Below, piece after piece: positions 44,767-55,941 of a DNA stretch of 64,000 nucleotides. The stretch comes from an uncultured Nitrososphaeraceae archaeon (GTDB lineage: Archaea; Thermoproteota; Nitrososphaeria; Nitrososphaerales; Nitrososphaeraceae), in NCBI GenBank assembly GCA_963765895.1, contig CAVXZB010000023.1, positions 192,001-256,000 on the forward strand, read 5' to 3'. The notes below the pieces were generated by a model. That model did no database searches, had not been told where the DNA came from, and was given only the letters and a program-made list of their open reading frames with translations. Both the position numbers and the translations under genes were made by a program. Within the stretch, counting starts at the first letter, position 1, and each line of letters starts with the position of its first letter.

Positions 44767-45186
44767 TTGATGCGTGAAGGAAATAGATCAAGTAAATTCC
44801 TGTTTATCGTAGGAATAACCGTGGTGCTAGTTCTAGGAACCAGTTTTATCCATATTGCAAATGCTCAAGAGAAAGACAGCAAAAATACAAATGTTGCAAA
44901 ATCGAATGAAAAGACTTCAAAAAAGAATTTGACCGAATTATCAAAGTGTGAATCCGATCTGTCTAAGGATGACGGTCAACTAACTTCAGCGGATGTTCGA
45001 GACTGTTATGGCCAAATATTTCAAAACTCAAATCATACTGGAGTACAAACATCCAAAAGGGACTTGACCGAATTATCAAAGTGTGAATCCGATCTGTCTA
45101 AGGATGACGGTCAACTAACTTCAGCGGATGTTCGAGACTGTTATGGCCAAATATTTCAAAACTCAAATCATACTGGAGTACGTTAG
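44767..45186 (+). CDS. Small exported protein with two 45-aa Cys-pair repeats
   Basis: Signal peptide ending ANA-Q; duplicated LSKCESDLSKDDGQLTSADVRDCYGQIF. Confidence 0.75.
   Translation: MMREGNRSSKFLFIVGITVVLVLGTSFIHIANAQEKDSKNTNVAKSNEKTSKKNLTELSKCESDLSKDDGQLTSADVRDCYGQIFQNSNHTGVQTSKRDLTELSKCESDLSKDDGQLTSADVRDCYGQIFQNSNHTGVR
44929..45181. repeat. 118-bp perfect direct repeat, period 135 bp
   Basis: 44929-45046 is identical to 45064-45181. Confidence 0.95.
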
Positions 45187-45277
45187 GCAGTACAAATATC
45201 AAATGATATATTGAACAAAATAGCATGAATCCATTAGCATAATATTAAATAAAATCCTGATCGCTATCAAATAAACT

Positions 45278-45945
45278 TCAGCTATCCCTTAGCCTTCTTT
45301 TTCTCCTGATAATCGCCTCGACTTTTATAGTTGCTAACAGATATGAAAGCGTAGGATTGATGGCCGTTATAGCCGCAGGAAATCCCGAGAGTCCCTCCGA
45401 AACACGGAGAGTAAATGTAATATCACATAGATGAGTGAATTCTTTGACCTTTATATCTGCATTTATCAATCCGCTCTCTACCTGCTGCAGGATTTTTTTT
45501 ATAATCCAAGTTGCGTCTCTAAAGTCGGCTATGACGTGTAGTTTCATCTCTTTACCCGTCCAAAGCTCTGGCAAATTCGTAAGGAGGCTTGTCACATAAT
45601 CGTCACCATCTGAAATCTGTGACGGTGAGGTTACGGGTTCCTTGTTCTCACTTGGCAGTTCCCTTGTTAAAGGACGAATATTCTTATCTGAGCCTCTATC
45701 CTGATAATGATTCTCATTTTGTACGTAGTCCAGATTGTCATCCATTCCTACTTCAGACTGGGTTTGGTGTGACTGTGCATCTTCTATTTCTCGAGACAGA
45801 CCCAAATCAGTGTTTGTCGAATAATTTACTTGAGGTTCGACATAGCTTAGGTTATCTTTTTTTCTTGTGATTCTGAAAATGACGAGAATTCTTCATCGGC
45901 GGGTTTTTGTTTCAATTTCTTCTGAAACCAGTCCTTAAGTCCCAC
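45278..45945 (-). CDS. Hypothetical protein; probable start MGLKDWF at 45945, frameshift in A-run near 45860
   Basis: Upstream frame GTG GGA CTT AAG GAC TGG TTT joins the 175-aa ORF across a homopolymer. Confidence 0.6.
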
Positions 45946-46079
45946 AACAGTACATTGATACACCTTCTTTATAGAACTTTTGTGACCATTAGTAATACGA
46001 CCTCTTCTTGATGACTAACCCCCAAACTATGGTACGGGAGTTATCAGGTACTTTTTATGACAAATGACTATCTAAGAAA

Positions 46080-47601
46080 TCAGACATCATAATAGTACAA
46101 AAATTGCTCGCGACTTGGATTTTTCACCGACTTTTTTCGTTTCAGCTTCTTTGATGGTTAGATATGTTTCAATTAACTCATCGCTAAAGCAAATTTTGAG
46201 GTAATCCAAATCACTCTTCAACCTTTCCAGCGAATCTTGCAATGTGCGCGGCAAGGATTGAATTCCAAGACTGATCCTTTTAGATTCTGACATTTTGTAT
46301 ATATTTTCGTCAATCGGAGATCCAGGATCAATTTTTTTCTGGACGCCATCAAGCCCAGCTGCTAATATCGCTGGAAAGACTAGATAAGGATTTGAGGAGG
46401 GGTCTGGAGCTCTAAATTCAAGTCGCTTTGTCTTGTAGTTGTCTTTATCGTTTATAGGTATGCGGATAACTGTTGATCGATTTCCTCTAGCCCATGCAAT
46501 ATAAACTGGAGCTTCAAATCCTGGAACTATTCGATGGTAAGAATTTACCGTAGGTGCAACTAATGCTGCTAGTGAAGGAGAGTGATCGAGAACACCTCCA
46601 ATAAAATAGCGGCCAACCTGACTAAGATTGGAGTACAAGTCATCAGTATCATAAAACACGTTGCGATTATTCTCTAGAGACGACCCAAGTGAAGATTTTG
46701 TCCACAAACTTAGACTAACATGCATGCCTGAACCATTATCATTACTATCCTCGCTACAACTAGGATCTCCTTTCCTCGAAGTGATAGAACCATCGAAAAT
46801 TGGCTTGGGCATGAAATTCGCAATCCGATTGTTTTTCTTTGCCACATTTTTGACTACGTCCTTGTATGTTTGGACATTATCTGCGCTTTTGGTTAGGCTG
46901 TTATGAACAAAATTTATTTCGATCTGGCCACTACTAGCTACCTCATGATTTAAGTTCGTTACATTTATGCAATAATAGTCCTTCAGAATCCTTGCAACTT
47001 CGAACCTGAAATCTAACAATGAATCTTGGAATGGGGGTGCATCATATCCTCCTTTGGTTCTAATCGGGTAGTTCCCCATCCCTATTTTTTCTTGAGATAT
47101 AATGTCCGGGCCATCTACAGCATTTTCCCCAGAATTCCGATGATCATGAAATAGTATCTTATCAAAGATGAAACATTCGACTTCTGCTCCAACCTGACAT
47201 GTTAGGCCCTTTTCAGCAAGGCGTTCCTCCATAATTTGTGAAACATATCGTGGGTCTTTGCGTAATCTACCTTGTTCATATCCGTGGTAGACGTCTGAGA
47301 TTACCGAAGCTGTTATCTGCTTTGTAAATGGGAACAATCTGAGAGTATATTTGTCAGGAATTAAAACCAAATCAGAGTCATTGATAGTGGTAAAACCTTC
47401 GACAGATGAACCGTCAAGGCCTATCCCATTAGTGATCAACTTTTGTAGCTGGTCATTATCAGTCATTGCATATTTCGCGAGGAATCTACCAAATACGTCG
47501 GTATATCTAACCTGAAGAAACTCTAGATCTTGCATATTATTGCTACTTTCACTTTGGTTGAGCGAGGAGCCAATTATAGCATCATAACTCTTGTTAGGCA
47601 T
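46080..47601 (-). CDS. glnA: Glutamine synthetase type I; frameshift in last ~10 codons
   Basis: DGSSVEGF, GAEVECF, HEVA..QIEI, FMPKP, NGSGMH, PGFEAP, NRS, RLEFRAPDP; alternate frame ends EQFLYYYDV*. Confidence 0.93.
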
Positions 47602-48338
47602 ATACTTAGAAGATAACTAATCGAATATAATGTTTGTTATAAAAAATACTGACAATTGACAATCAGTTAGGCAGGGTTAATAGCGATTGTTAGATCCTAT
47701 CTATCTCTGGCTATTTTAATAAAACGTACGTTAAATTTTAGTATCATGCGTTTTGGGAAGATGTTCGCACGATCATGCACCATATTAGGAGTATTATAGT
47801 ATCGTGATAAATCATTAGTAATCTTTATAGTAATCTCCACAAAATCCGAAACGAGGATGACTTATCGTCAATGGCCGATTTCTGATCATAGAAACATAAG
47901 CAATTGTAAGGAGATTACAAATCAAAGCTATTTGAATGAGGCTTCTGATTCGGCTAAGAAATCTTCGTTAACAATCCTGCAGAATATTAAGATTCTTGTC
48001 AATTCATTGAAATAAAAATCATCATAGAAGAAGAATAAATGACGGTAGAGATTTAGAAGACCAGAATTTAATATAGGACACGATATGCTTCTTGTATTGG
48101 TAACAAAGAGGTTATTGCATTCTATCAACAATTATCGAAAAGCATTCGTGTAGGTGAAATGGTGAAATGATAATCTCGATAAAGGAATTACACATATTGG
48201 GACACAAGTCAAAAGATAATATCTTTTCTTACAAATCATACTGTCGATATTCTTTAATACATTCTGGATGTGACTACAGATCAGAAGAAAATGAAACGTG
48301 GATCGAATAATTACCTAACAGTAATCTGATATTCTAAA

Positions 48339-48926
48339 TTAAGGGTGAGCTGATTGCATATGTTTGGAGAGAACCTCTTTATCACCATACTCTTTTTGAC
48401 AGTGAGGACATACTAACATCGCTTTTTTATCTTTTAGTTGGGTTGATGCAAAGGGGTTCAGTATACACAACGATGTCGTCGCAGTTGCTGCATTGATTGT
48501 CTCCATTGCCGCTTTTTCCATTTTCGTCATTATGTCATCTCGGCTCACGATACCCAAGACGCTATTCGAAGTTGTTACAACAAGCTGTCTAATAATATGT
48601 TTTTCCATAACAGAGAGGGCGTCTACGATAGACATTTCAGGAGGAATAGAGATTACAGGAGCAGACATTACTTCCTTAATCTGTATCTTGGCTGGTGATT
48701 TGTGAATCGCAACCACTTTAAAAAGTACGTCCGTTTTTGATACTAATCCGATGACTTGCTCGCCATGATCTGATACAAGGATGGAACGTACGAGGTTGTC
48801 TTTCATTGCAGTGATCGCGTCCGCAACTGTTCTAGACTGCTCTAAAATGATGACATTCGAATTCATTGCAAATGAGACAGGCATGGATAATAGAGAAGAT
48901 CGATTGACATTTTTATCTTCTATCAC
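48339..48926 (-). CDS. CBS pair fused to C-terminal C2H2 zinc finger
   Basis: Two CBS motifs; CPHC..Y.....LSKHMQSAH. Confidence 0.88.
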   Translation of the reverse strand: MIEDKNVNRSSLLSMPVSFAMNSNVIILEQSRTVADAITAMKDNLVRSILVSDHGEQVIGLVSKTDVLFKVVAIHKSPAKIQIKEVMSAPVISIPPEMSIVDALSVMEKHIIRQLVVTTSNSVLGIVSRDDIMTKMEKAAMETINAATATTSLCILNPFASTQLKDKKAMLVCPHCQKEYGDKEVLSKHMQSAHP

Positions 48927-49377
48927 TATACTATATTATTATGAGAATTATTTAAATAAATTTTATGATTAGCCCTAACTATCCAGTCTGGAGTTTTTGA
49001 CGTGCAGAAAGAATGCGTATACTGCAAATCGGTTACTCTAATTTCAATATCATCCTCTGGGCTCAGTTTTGTGCTCTATCCCCAATCAAAGATATGAATC
49101 ACGCTTTCATCTTGCCCTTTTCCGGATACAAATTTAAATCCCAAGTCAAATCTAGAACAGTTAACATTAAAAGACAGGATAATACTGTGCTATACTATGG
49201 CATGCAGTTTCTCGATCTATAACAAACATAAATGTGTAGTCCCCTTTACTATAATCAGCTTAGAATTTTATTTGTGAATTTCATTGTTAATCAATAAACA
49301 ACTTAAAGCTGTTAAACAACTTTTCTTGATGTACAATAACAATAACTTATCTCGCAGACAGTACGAGGTATTACAAT

Positions 49378-50055
49378 ATGTCATTTGGAAATAAATGGAG
49401 TCGACCTCAACACGGCGAGAGCGTTAGTGAAAGCGTTAGGAATAAACTTCGCGAAGGGATAAAGTCATCAGAGCCGCTAAAGCCGCGAATAGAAGAGGCT
49501 CAAAAAAAATTACAGATGCAGATTTCCAAGTTAGATGCGATATCAACGAAGATGAACGAAAAAGATAAGCTAATCTTTGATCGTGTTATCCAGGCAGTTC
49601 AAAATCATGATAGCCAATACGCCAAATTGTTGTCCAATGAATTATCTCAAGTTCGCAAAATGAACAGTATGGTTGATTCCGCTAAATTGGCCTTAGAGCA
49701 AATCCAGTTGAGGCTAAATACAATGACAGAGCTTGGAGATGTGGTGGTCACTCTAAGTCCGGCTATGTCGGTCATAAAGGGCATACAAGGAGGAGTATCA
49801 TCTATGATGCCAGAAGCAGATCAATCACTAGGACAAATATCAGATTTATTAGGCAATATCATGACTGGAACCGGTCAAGCCATTTCATCATCTACCGTAG
49901 CTAAAGATATAGGGGTTACAAGTCTAGACGAAGAAGCTATGAAGATAATCGAAGATGCTACTGCAACCGTGGAGGAGAGTACAAGAAGCAAATTTCCTGA
50001 CCTGCCATCATCTAATGGTATTAGTTCCAGACGAACTGAAACATCTGTCTATTAG
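49378..50055 (+). CDS. cdvB: ESCRT-III/Snf7 cell-division protein, CdvB paralog
   Basis: PLKPRIE, ELSQVRKM, LALEQIQLRLNT..ELGDVVVTLSPAM, C-terminal FPDLP. Confidence 0.92.
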   Translation: MSFGNKWSRPQHGESVSESVRNKLREGIKSSEPLKPRIEEAQKKLQMQISKLDAISTKMNEKDKLIFDRVIQAVQNHDSQYAKLLSNELSQVRKMNSMVDSAKLALEQIQLRLNTMTELGDVVVTLSPAMSVIKGIQGGVSSMMPEADQSLGQISDLLGNIMTGTGQAISSSTVAKDIGVTSLDEEAMKIIEDATATVEESTRSKFPDLPSSNGISSRRTETSVY

Positions 50056-50337
50056 AGACGTCCAATTTTTTTATGAATCATGTGTGTTATCCATTATAGG
50101 AAACTATCTATTTGAACTATGGATAAGTCCAATATCAACCCCTAATTACAATAAGCAATACTAAATGATTAAAATAAATTCCAGATCAAGAATCTGTTAT
50201 ATTATCAGATTATTGTTACCTTCAAAGTGAGCCATTTTCTTATGTGCTAAAATTAGATAAATGTATTGCATTGTATTTAAAGGCATTATAATTACGGTAT
50301 AAGCACATATGGATCCATACCACTATAATCATGATCT

Positions 50338-50481
50338 ATGCGTGAGTTGTGTAGCCGCTGCGGTGATCCGAACACTGATATGTATTGTTGTCAGCACACC
50401 AATGACAAATATATCTGCAAGGTTTGCTATGAAGAAATACATTGGCTGATTAATAATTATACGAATGGACATGAGAATTAA
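50338..50481 (+). CDS. 47-aa Cys/His-rich B-box-like zinc finger; absent from ORF track
   Basis: MRELCSRCGDPNTDMYCCQHTNDKYICKVCYEEIHWLINNYTNGHEN*. Confidence 0.7.
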   Translation: MRELCSRCGDPNTDMYCCQHTNDKYICKVCYEEIHWLINNYTNGHEN

Positions 50482-50567
50482 TAGATATAGACAATTATTA
50501 TATTATTATTATTATATTAAGTTGTAATATATTTCGGTTAATTCTTTGAGCTAATCCTTAATTTTTC

Positions 50568-51722
50568 TTAAAATCTAGAATACTCGCTTCCAGCCAAAGA
50601 TGTACCTCCTATCTCCTTTAGATATTTCATCTTGATAATCTTCTTAAGTTTACTAGCTGAATATCCGAAGAGATCTAGTCCTGAGATCCTAGAAATCGCA
50701 AATTCCGAGCCTATTGAAATGGCGTAGGTAGATGCTGGATCAGAGGGCTTGAATTTGCGAAGTGGTTTGCCATTTATCTTGGCCCAGATATTATATGCAG
50801 CAACTTTCCCGTGCTCTTTGGCGAAATATGCATTAGTCGGTAGAGGCCGGCCGTAATTGTCTAATAAGAGAGCTGAATCACCAATTACGAAGACATCATC
50901 TCTACCAGCTGGTTGCAAGTGACTATTAACTAATACTCTGCCCTTTTCGCCTATGTTCAGCCCTATTTGTTTAAGCAGAGGACTAGCAACTACACCACCA
51001 GTCCAGATAAACAAACTGCTCCTTATTTCGATATCATTTCTGAGCCGAACCGAATTTGATCTAATTTCTACTATAGAATACTCCTTGCCTACAAGCAATC
51101 GAACGTTCAAACTATCAAGGTAAATTTTCGCCCATTTGACCGCTTCATTGGGAAAGCCACTGAGCAAATTCGCTGATACCAATACGACCTCCGTGAGATT
51201 AGATTCAGGATTACTACCTTGTAGCGTTGCAATTTCTCCAGCAAGCTCAACTCCGGTAGCCCCACCTCCACCTACAACAATTGTTTTTCCCATTCCCATA
51301 TTAGGTAAAGCTGTAGCTATTTTCTGAGCATCTTCTATGCTATTAAATTGAAATGCAAACTCGTTCATACCAGGGATATCTGGAATGAATGGCCGACTTC
51401 CCAATGATAGGACTAAAAAATCATATTCCAATGTACGAGAAATCTGTGAACTATTTACCATCGATACGGTCTTACTATCCAAACTAATATCCTTAATATC
51501 GGCCTGAATGAATTCGATATTTCGATTTTTTAGGATTTCTCTATAATAAATTATGGAAAATCCTCGCTTTGAAATAATTTCAGGCAAACTTGGGAGTAGT
51601 GTGTGATATTCTCTTTTATCGATTAGCACTATTTTTGATCTTGTGCCCCTTATTAGGCGTTCCACGGTTATGGCCGTTTGCAATCCAGCGTAGCCACCTC
51701 CTGCGATTAGAACCAGTACCAA
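50568..51722 (-). CDS. ndh: Type II NADH:quinone oxidoreductase-like flavoprotein
   Basis: GGGYAG, YDFLVLSLG, GGGATGVELAGE, WTGG, VFVIGD. Confidence 0.85.
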   Translation of the reverse strand: MVLVLIAGGGYAGLQTAITVERLIRGTRSKIVLIDKREYHTLLPSLPEIISKRGFSIIYYREILKNRNIEFIQADIKDISLDSKTVSMVNSSQISRTLEYDFLVLSLGSRPFIPDIPGMNEFAFQFNSIEDAQKIATALPNMGMGKTIVVGGGGATGVELAGEIATLQGSNPESNLTEVVLVSANLLSGFPNEAVKWAKIYLDSLNVRLLVGKEYSIVEIRSNSVRLRNDIEIRSSLFIWTGGVVASPLLKQIGLNIGEKGRVLVNSHLQPAGRDDVFVIGDSALLLDNYGRPLPTNAYFAKEHGKVAAYNIWAKINGKPLRKFKPSDPASTYAISIGSEFAISRISGLDLFGYSASKLKKIIKMKYLKEIGGTSLAGSEYSRF

Positions 51723-52064
51723 GGAAACTCTATTTTTGGTTAGGATGTTAATTGGTATTAACTATTATGTCATTAGTAATTAGATATAGATAAAAGTAGG
51801 TCAGTTATGATAGACTTCATTCGATATATCAGGATAAAGTAATACTTAAGAAGGATCCAAAGGTGGTTTTCATTGTTCAAACATTATTTGTCCAGTATTT
51901 CAGATAAATTATGCAGATAAATTGAGCGCCGAGTACCTACAATTTTGTATTGAAATGTATAGAAAAATCGTAGAAACATGATACACCAAGTGTAAGCGAG
52001 ATCGCGACTTATCGATATTTATATATAACAAATTATTAGCACTAAATCATCAATTATAGCGACG

Positions 52065-53029
52065 GTGTATTCCTATACAAGTAATAATTATTTCTCACGA
52101 ATCAGATCTAGACGGGATATATTCGGCTTCTATTGGATTAATGCGATATCCACAAGCTTCTACCTACTTTCTCAGTTATGGGACCGAATCTTTTGGAAAA
52201 TTGGCAAAATATCTTCAAACCATAATTAGTTCAACGAAAATGGCCGGGATAGTCTTAGTTTCAGATTTAGGAATGAATGATGATAGTAATCTAGTTGAGA
52301 TATGCAGCGAGATATTCGATTATTTAGAACAAAATAACTGGAAAGCGACTTGGATAGATCATCATCCTTGGCCAATTAAGGTAGTGAATACTTTTGCCAG
52401 GCGTATCGAACTAGTTCTTGATGATTCAGGTAATAAGTGCGCTGCCAGATCTGATGTACGGCTATCTTCTAAAAGATAACGTGGTGGCAGCGAAGCTCGC
52501 AAGTATGGCGCATGCAATGGATTTTTTTACCAAGGAGGAGTATCTAACTCCGGTGGCAGAGCTTATTCGTTATTATAGCAATTTCGAAGATTTCTATGAA
52601 CGACTAACTAAGTTAGCTCGAAAAGCGTCTGAGGGAATACTCTGGGATATAGAAATGGGGATTGAATATAGCCATTATGTTAACCTGCGTGATTACGAGA
52701 AGAAACAGTCAATATCCTCAATGAAAATTAAAGATGTAGACGGTATTAAAGTTGTATTTGTCAAATCCTCTCGTAATATTCAAAATAGTCTATTTGCTGA
52801 TGAATTATTTTCGTTAACTAAAGCTGATATTGTAATGCTTTATAACTCAAATGGAGATGTAAGTATTAGGCGAAATAATGATTCGATAGCATGTAATCAG
52901 ATAGCAAACAATCTTTTTAACGGAGGAGGTCATAAGTTTGCCGCCGGAGCAAGTTTTCGTAGTAATCCACTTGATGTTGATGCCGTAATATCAGAACTAG
53001 AAGCAGCTATACGAGCTAGTCTTATCTAG
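52065..53029 (+). CDS. DHH/DHHA1 phosphoesterase (NrnA-like); frameshifts near 52080 and 52448
   Basis: ISHESDLDG upstream of the tracked ORF, SDLG, IDHH, SIR...GGGHKFAAG. Confidence 0.9.
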
Positions 53030-53477
53030 CAAAAATTGAACAGGTAAATTTGTATATATCAATAGGCCAAAAAGAATTGTAGCATTTCACACAAGATCAG
53101 TTATGAAATTGAAGATGGCGTCTCTATAATACTGATCTGATATATAGAGTTACTAATCATTTGAAATATTTCATACCATACTGTCTTGCCTCCAATCAAA
53201 CTTGATCCTCTTAAAGGATTGCAAAATAGTACCAATCAAATCCAATAGACCGATCCAACTCAACCGTAATTATCTGATTTTATAGACTTGAATCTATTAG
53301 GTGATAATAGATGGCGTTCATGATAGCATATGAAAATTAATACTATCGTAACACCGATATTACAAGATTATAAAAAAAAAGGAAACGGTAAAGATCTTAT
53401 TTCAAATCTTTCTAATTTTGGATACTCTAAACTCTAAATGAGTTATCGATTATCCAACCTTCTCATCTCGTTTAGAT

Positions 53478-53717
53478 CTAGTGCTTGTTGTATTTATTAT
53501 GATGATGGTGGTGATGATGGTGGTGATGATGGTGGTGGTGATGATGGTGGTGATGATGGTGGTGATGATGGTGGTGATGATGGTGGTGGTCAGAATGCTT
53601 ATGTTTGTATGCTAATGCATGGCTTCCGACTAGAGGGCCAGATGCAAATAGCACTACGATTGCGGCTATTGCAACAACAGTTAAGGTTGCTGCGACGTTC
53701 TTGCTTAAATTTTGCAT
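53478..53717 (-). CDS. Exported poly-histidine peptide (30 consecutive His)
   Basis: Hydrophobic signal ending ALA, then YKHKHSD-H30-NKYNKH; TATA-like element ~25 nt upstream. Confidence 0.75.
   Translation of the reverse strand: MQNLSKNVAATLTVVAIAAIVVLFASGPLVGSHALAYKHKHSDHHHHHHHHHHHHHHHHHHHHHHHHHHHHHHNKYNKH
53499..53588. repeat. CAY triplet microsatellite, mostly 12-bp CACCACCATCAT units on the minus strand
   Basis: 90 bp of gtg/atg triplets. Confidence 0.95.
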
Positions 53718-54289
53718 AGATTTGATCTAGAAAACAAACTTATTAAGAGATGCATTATGGAAAATATAGTCTAAATATTAAAAGAACTTATAATTTCAGC
53801 AAAAGCCAGATAAGAATAGAACATTCACATATATTGCGGTTGTTATTAGTAATATCCGCCTAATTCAATCTCAAGGATTTGTAAGAGACTCATCTACTAC
53901 TAATCGTATTTCCTAGACTTTACTAACTCTCGCCAAGGTAGATAGAATTTTCTATTCAATTTATGCCTCTCATTCCGAATGTGGATCTAGGAGATGCATA
54001 GATAGTGCGGCGGAATAACTTGCTGTTGGAAACTGAGTGAGGAAAAATCTAATATGAAATGTCTAGATTAGCAAAGTGCCCCCAAGTTTTAAGATTTTAC
54101 CCCTCAATTGTTTCTGTAGTAATCTGATCGTCTGTTAATTCCAAGAACCGAAATAAGACTATTTTTCTTACTGGATATCGGAATAATTAGTTCAGCAATA
54201 TGTAAAAACTATAATTTAGAATTCCAAGCCTATTTGCAACGAGTATAAATTATACGACAGATGCACCATTCCTATTAGTTTGATTTGAA

Positions 54290-54472
54290 ATGAAATGGCC
54301 TCACGACATCAAGAACTGGACATGGGCAAGTATTGCCGCGTTTGCAATATCATTTACAATATCATTAATTGCACATGTTCCGAAAGAACGAGCAATAGTT
54401 GGATCCACTTTGGCCGCGTTATTGGTTTTTAGTGGCTTTTTCTTTAGATTCAAAGGTAGGCAAGAAAAATGA
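54290..54472 (+). CDS. Small two-TM membrane protein
   Basis: Two hydrophobic segments with a basic C-terminal tail. Confidence 0.65.
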   Translation: MKWPHDIKNWTWASIAAFAISFTISLIAHVPKERAIVGSTLAALLVFSGFFFRFKGRQEK

Positions 54473-54815
54473 GACTTCGTGGTTGACTAAATACAGTCGT
54501 GTATAACTATTGAATAATTATCATGTAACGTATTTACGTCACCGCGATATGACATATAATCATGAATTTGCCCATGTAGCTGACAATTCAAGACATTTCC
54601 TTATTTCTGTTGGCATATTATAATTTTAAGAACAGCTATTATAAAAATTCGACAGTTGTTTAGCATTTGGAGATAATTATAATAATCCTAGATAATATTT
54701 TTAGATCTTGGATTAATACATCCAGTGGTTCCTATTAAAAGTTTCAGAATATGATAAGACGAAAATAATTTACTTTGTATAAGCAAAATCTCTCTTAGAT
54801 TAACTTATTATTGAG

Positions 54816-54899
54816 CAGCCCGCAAGCCTGAGTCAGTTAGCTAACCGACCCGGATTTCGAAACGAGTATGCGTGCTTGTTCTGTCTAGGAACATGGCTG
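54816..54899. ncRNA. Candidate structured non-coding RNA
   Basis: GC-rich island with nested stems CAGCC/GGCTG, CGCA/TGCG, a long hairpin, and TGTTC/GAACA. Confidence 0.35.
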
Positions 54900-55565
54900 A
54901 TCAGTTGGAAGAGAATCAGTCTAGATAATAAAAATTGAGTGCAGATGAATGTACGAAAAGCAATTATAAATTATCAAATCGACATAGTGAGATAGCCAAA
55001 CTTGTAATATCGCACAGATGAAGGATGGATTATACTTGCCTTTTCCTCTAGAATAGGGAAATAGGTGATAGAAATATGGATTTTAATCGTACATTATTAT
55101 TCCTAATTTTATGATCATGATAGAGGTTTCATTTACTATTAAATCTCCAGTATCTGTAATTGCCATCATGTGTGGCTTCAGTATCGCCCGCTTTCCGTAA
55201 ACAAAATTAGCCGAACTTTATATAAGAGGTTCGTAATTGGTTCATCTTCTTTCTATAATATAAATTACTAAACCTTTAATATCGTGTTGGTATAGAATTT
55301 AGGCAACAAACAAAATATATGAAAAGATTAGCCTATCTGATTGAATCCGAGACGACAAGAATTGAAAAGGTTGGAGCGCATAACCATCACTTATATAAGA
55401 TTTTACGGACTTGAGTAACTCCCGCCCGAATCCCTATTGATCAACTGCACGCGCTGATGGCATAACTATCTTTGTTTGTATGAGCACATGTTAAATTGCA
55501 ATTAAGCAAAATGTTCACAACTGCTCAAACCCCCCAATACCACTGTATAAACAGGCTAATCAAAT

Positions 55566-55901
55566 TCAGTCGTTACGGATGAGTTTCCTTCTAATAGTTC
55601 TTTTTTTAATAACCTTGGGCTTTGCGGCATTTTTGTCTTCAGACGGTTTTTCTCTTACAACTATTTTTGGCTCGTTGATTTTGTTACTAACATCTCTTAA
55701 CTTATCAATGTTTTCCTGGTGAGTTGTGTTTCTTAACTTGTCAATCGGTATCCCATACATTTTAGCTAAGTAATGGTTCTTTATGCCAGCCTCATTAAGT
55801 TCCTTTAATGAGTATCCTCTTCCGCTTCTAGTTGCAACAACACTTTTACTTCTGAATTTAACTATAGGCTTTTCTATCTGCAATATTCTAGGCAATTCCA
55901 A
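55566..55901 (-). CDS. rpl13e: 50S ribosomal protein eL13
   Basis: KPIVK, RSGRGYSLKELNEAGI, GIPIDKLRNTTHQENIDKL; TTG start at 55901 or 55895. Confidence 0.88.
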   Translation of the reverse strand: MELPRILQIEKPIVKFRSKSVVATRSGRGYSLKELNEAGIKNHYLAKMYGIPIDKLRNTTHQENIDKLRDVSNKINEPKIVVREKPSEDKNAAKPKVIKKRTIRRKLIRND

Positions 55902-55941
55902 TTGATATATTATTACACAATAATAAATATTTCTCGGTCTT

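Noticed and set aside
53438-53719. Plus-strand Asp/Gly-repeat ORF (93 aa)
   Set aside because: Antisense shadow of the His tract; the minus-strand ORF has the signal peptide and promoter.
54816-54919. Hammerhead ribozyme or SRP RNA identity for the structured element
   Set aside because: No CUGANGA core correctly placed relative to GAAA on either strand; GAGCAGCC lacks the SRP helix-8 partner strand.
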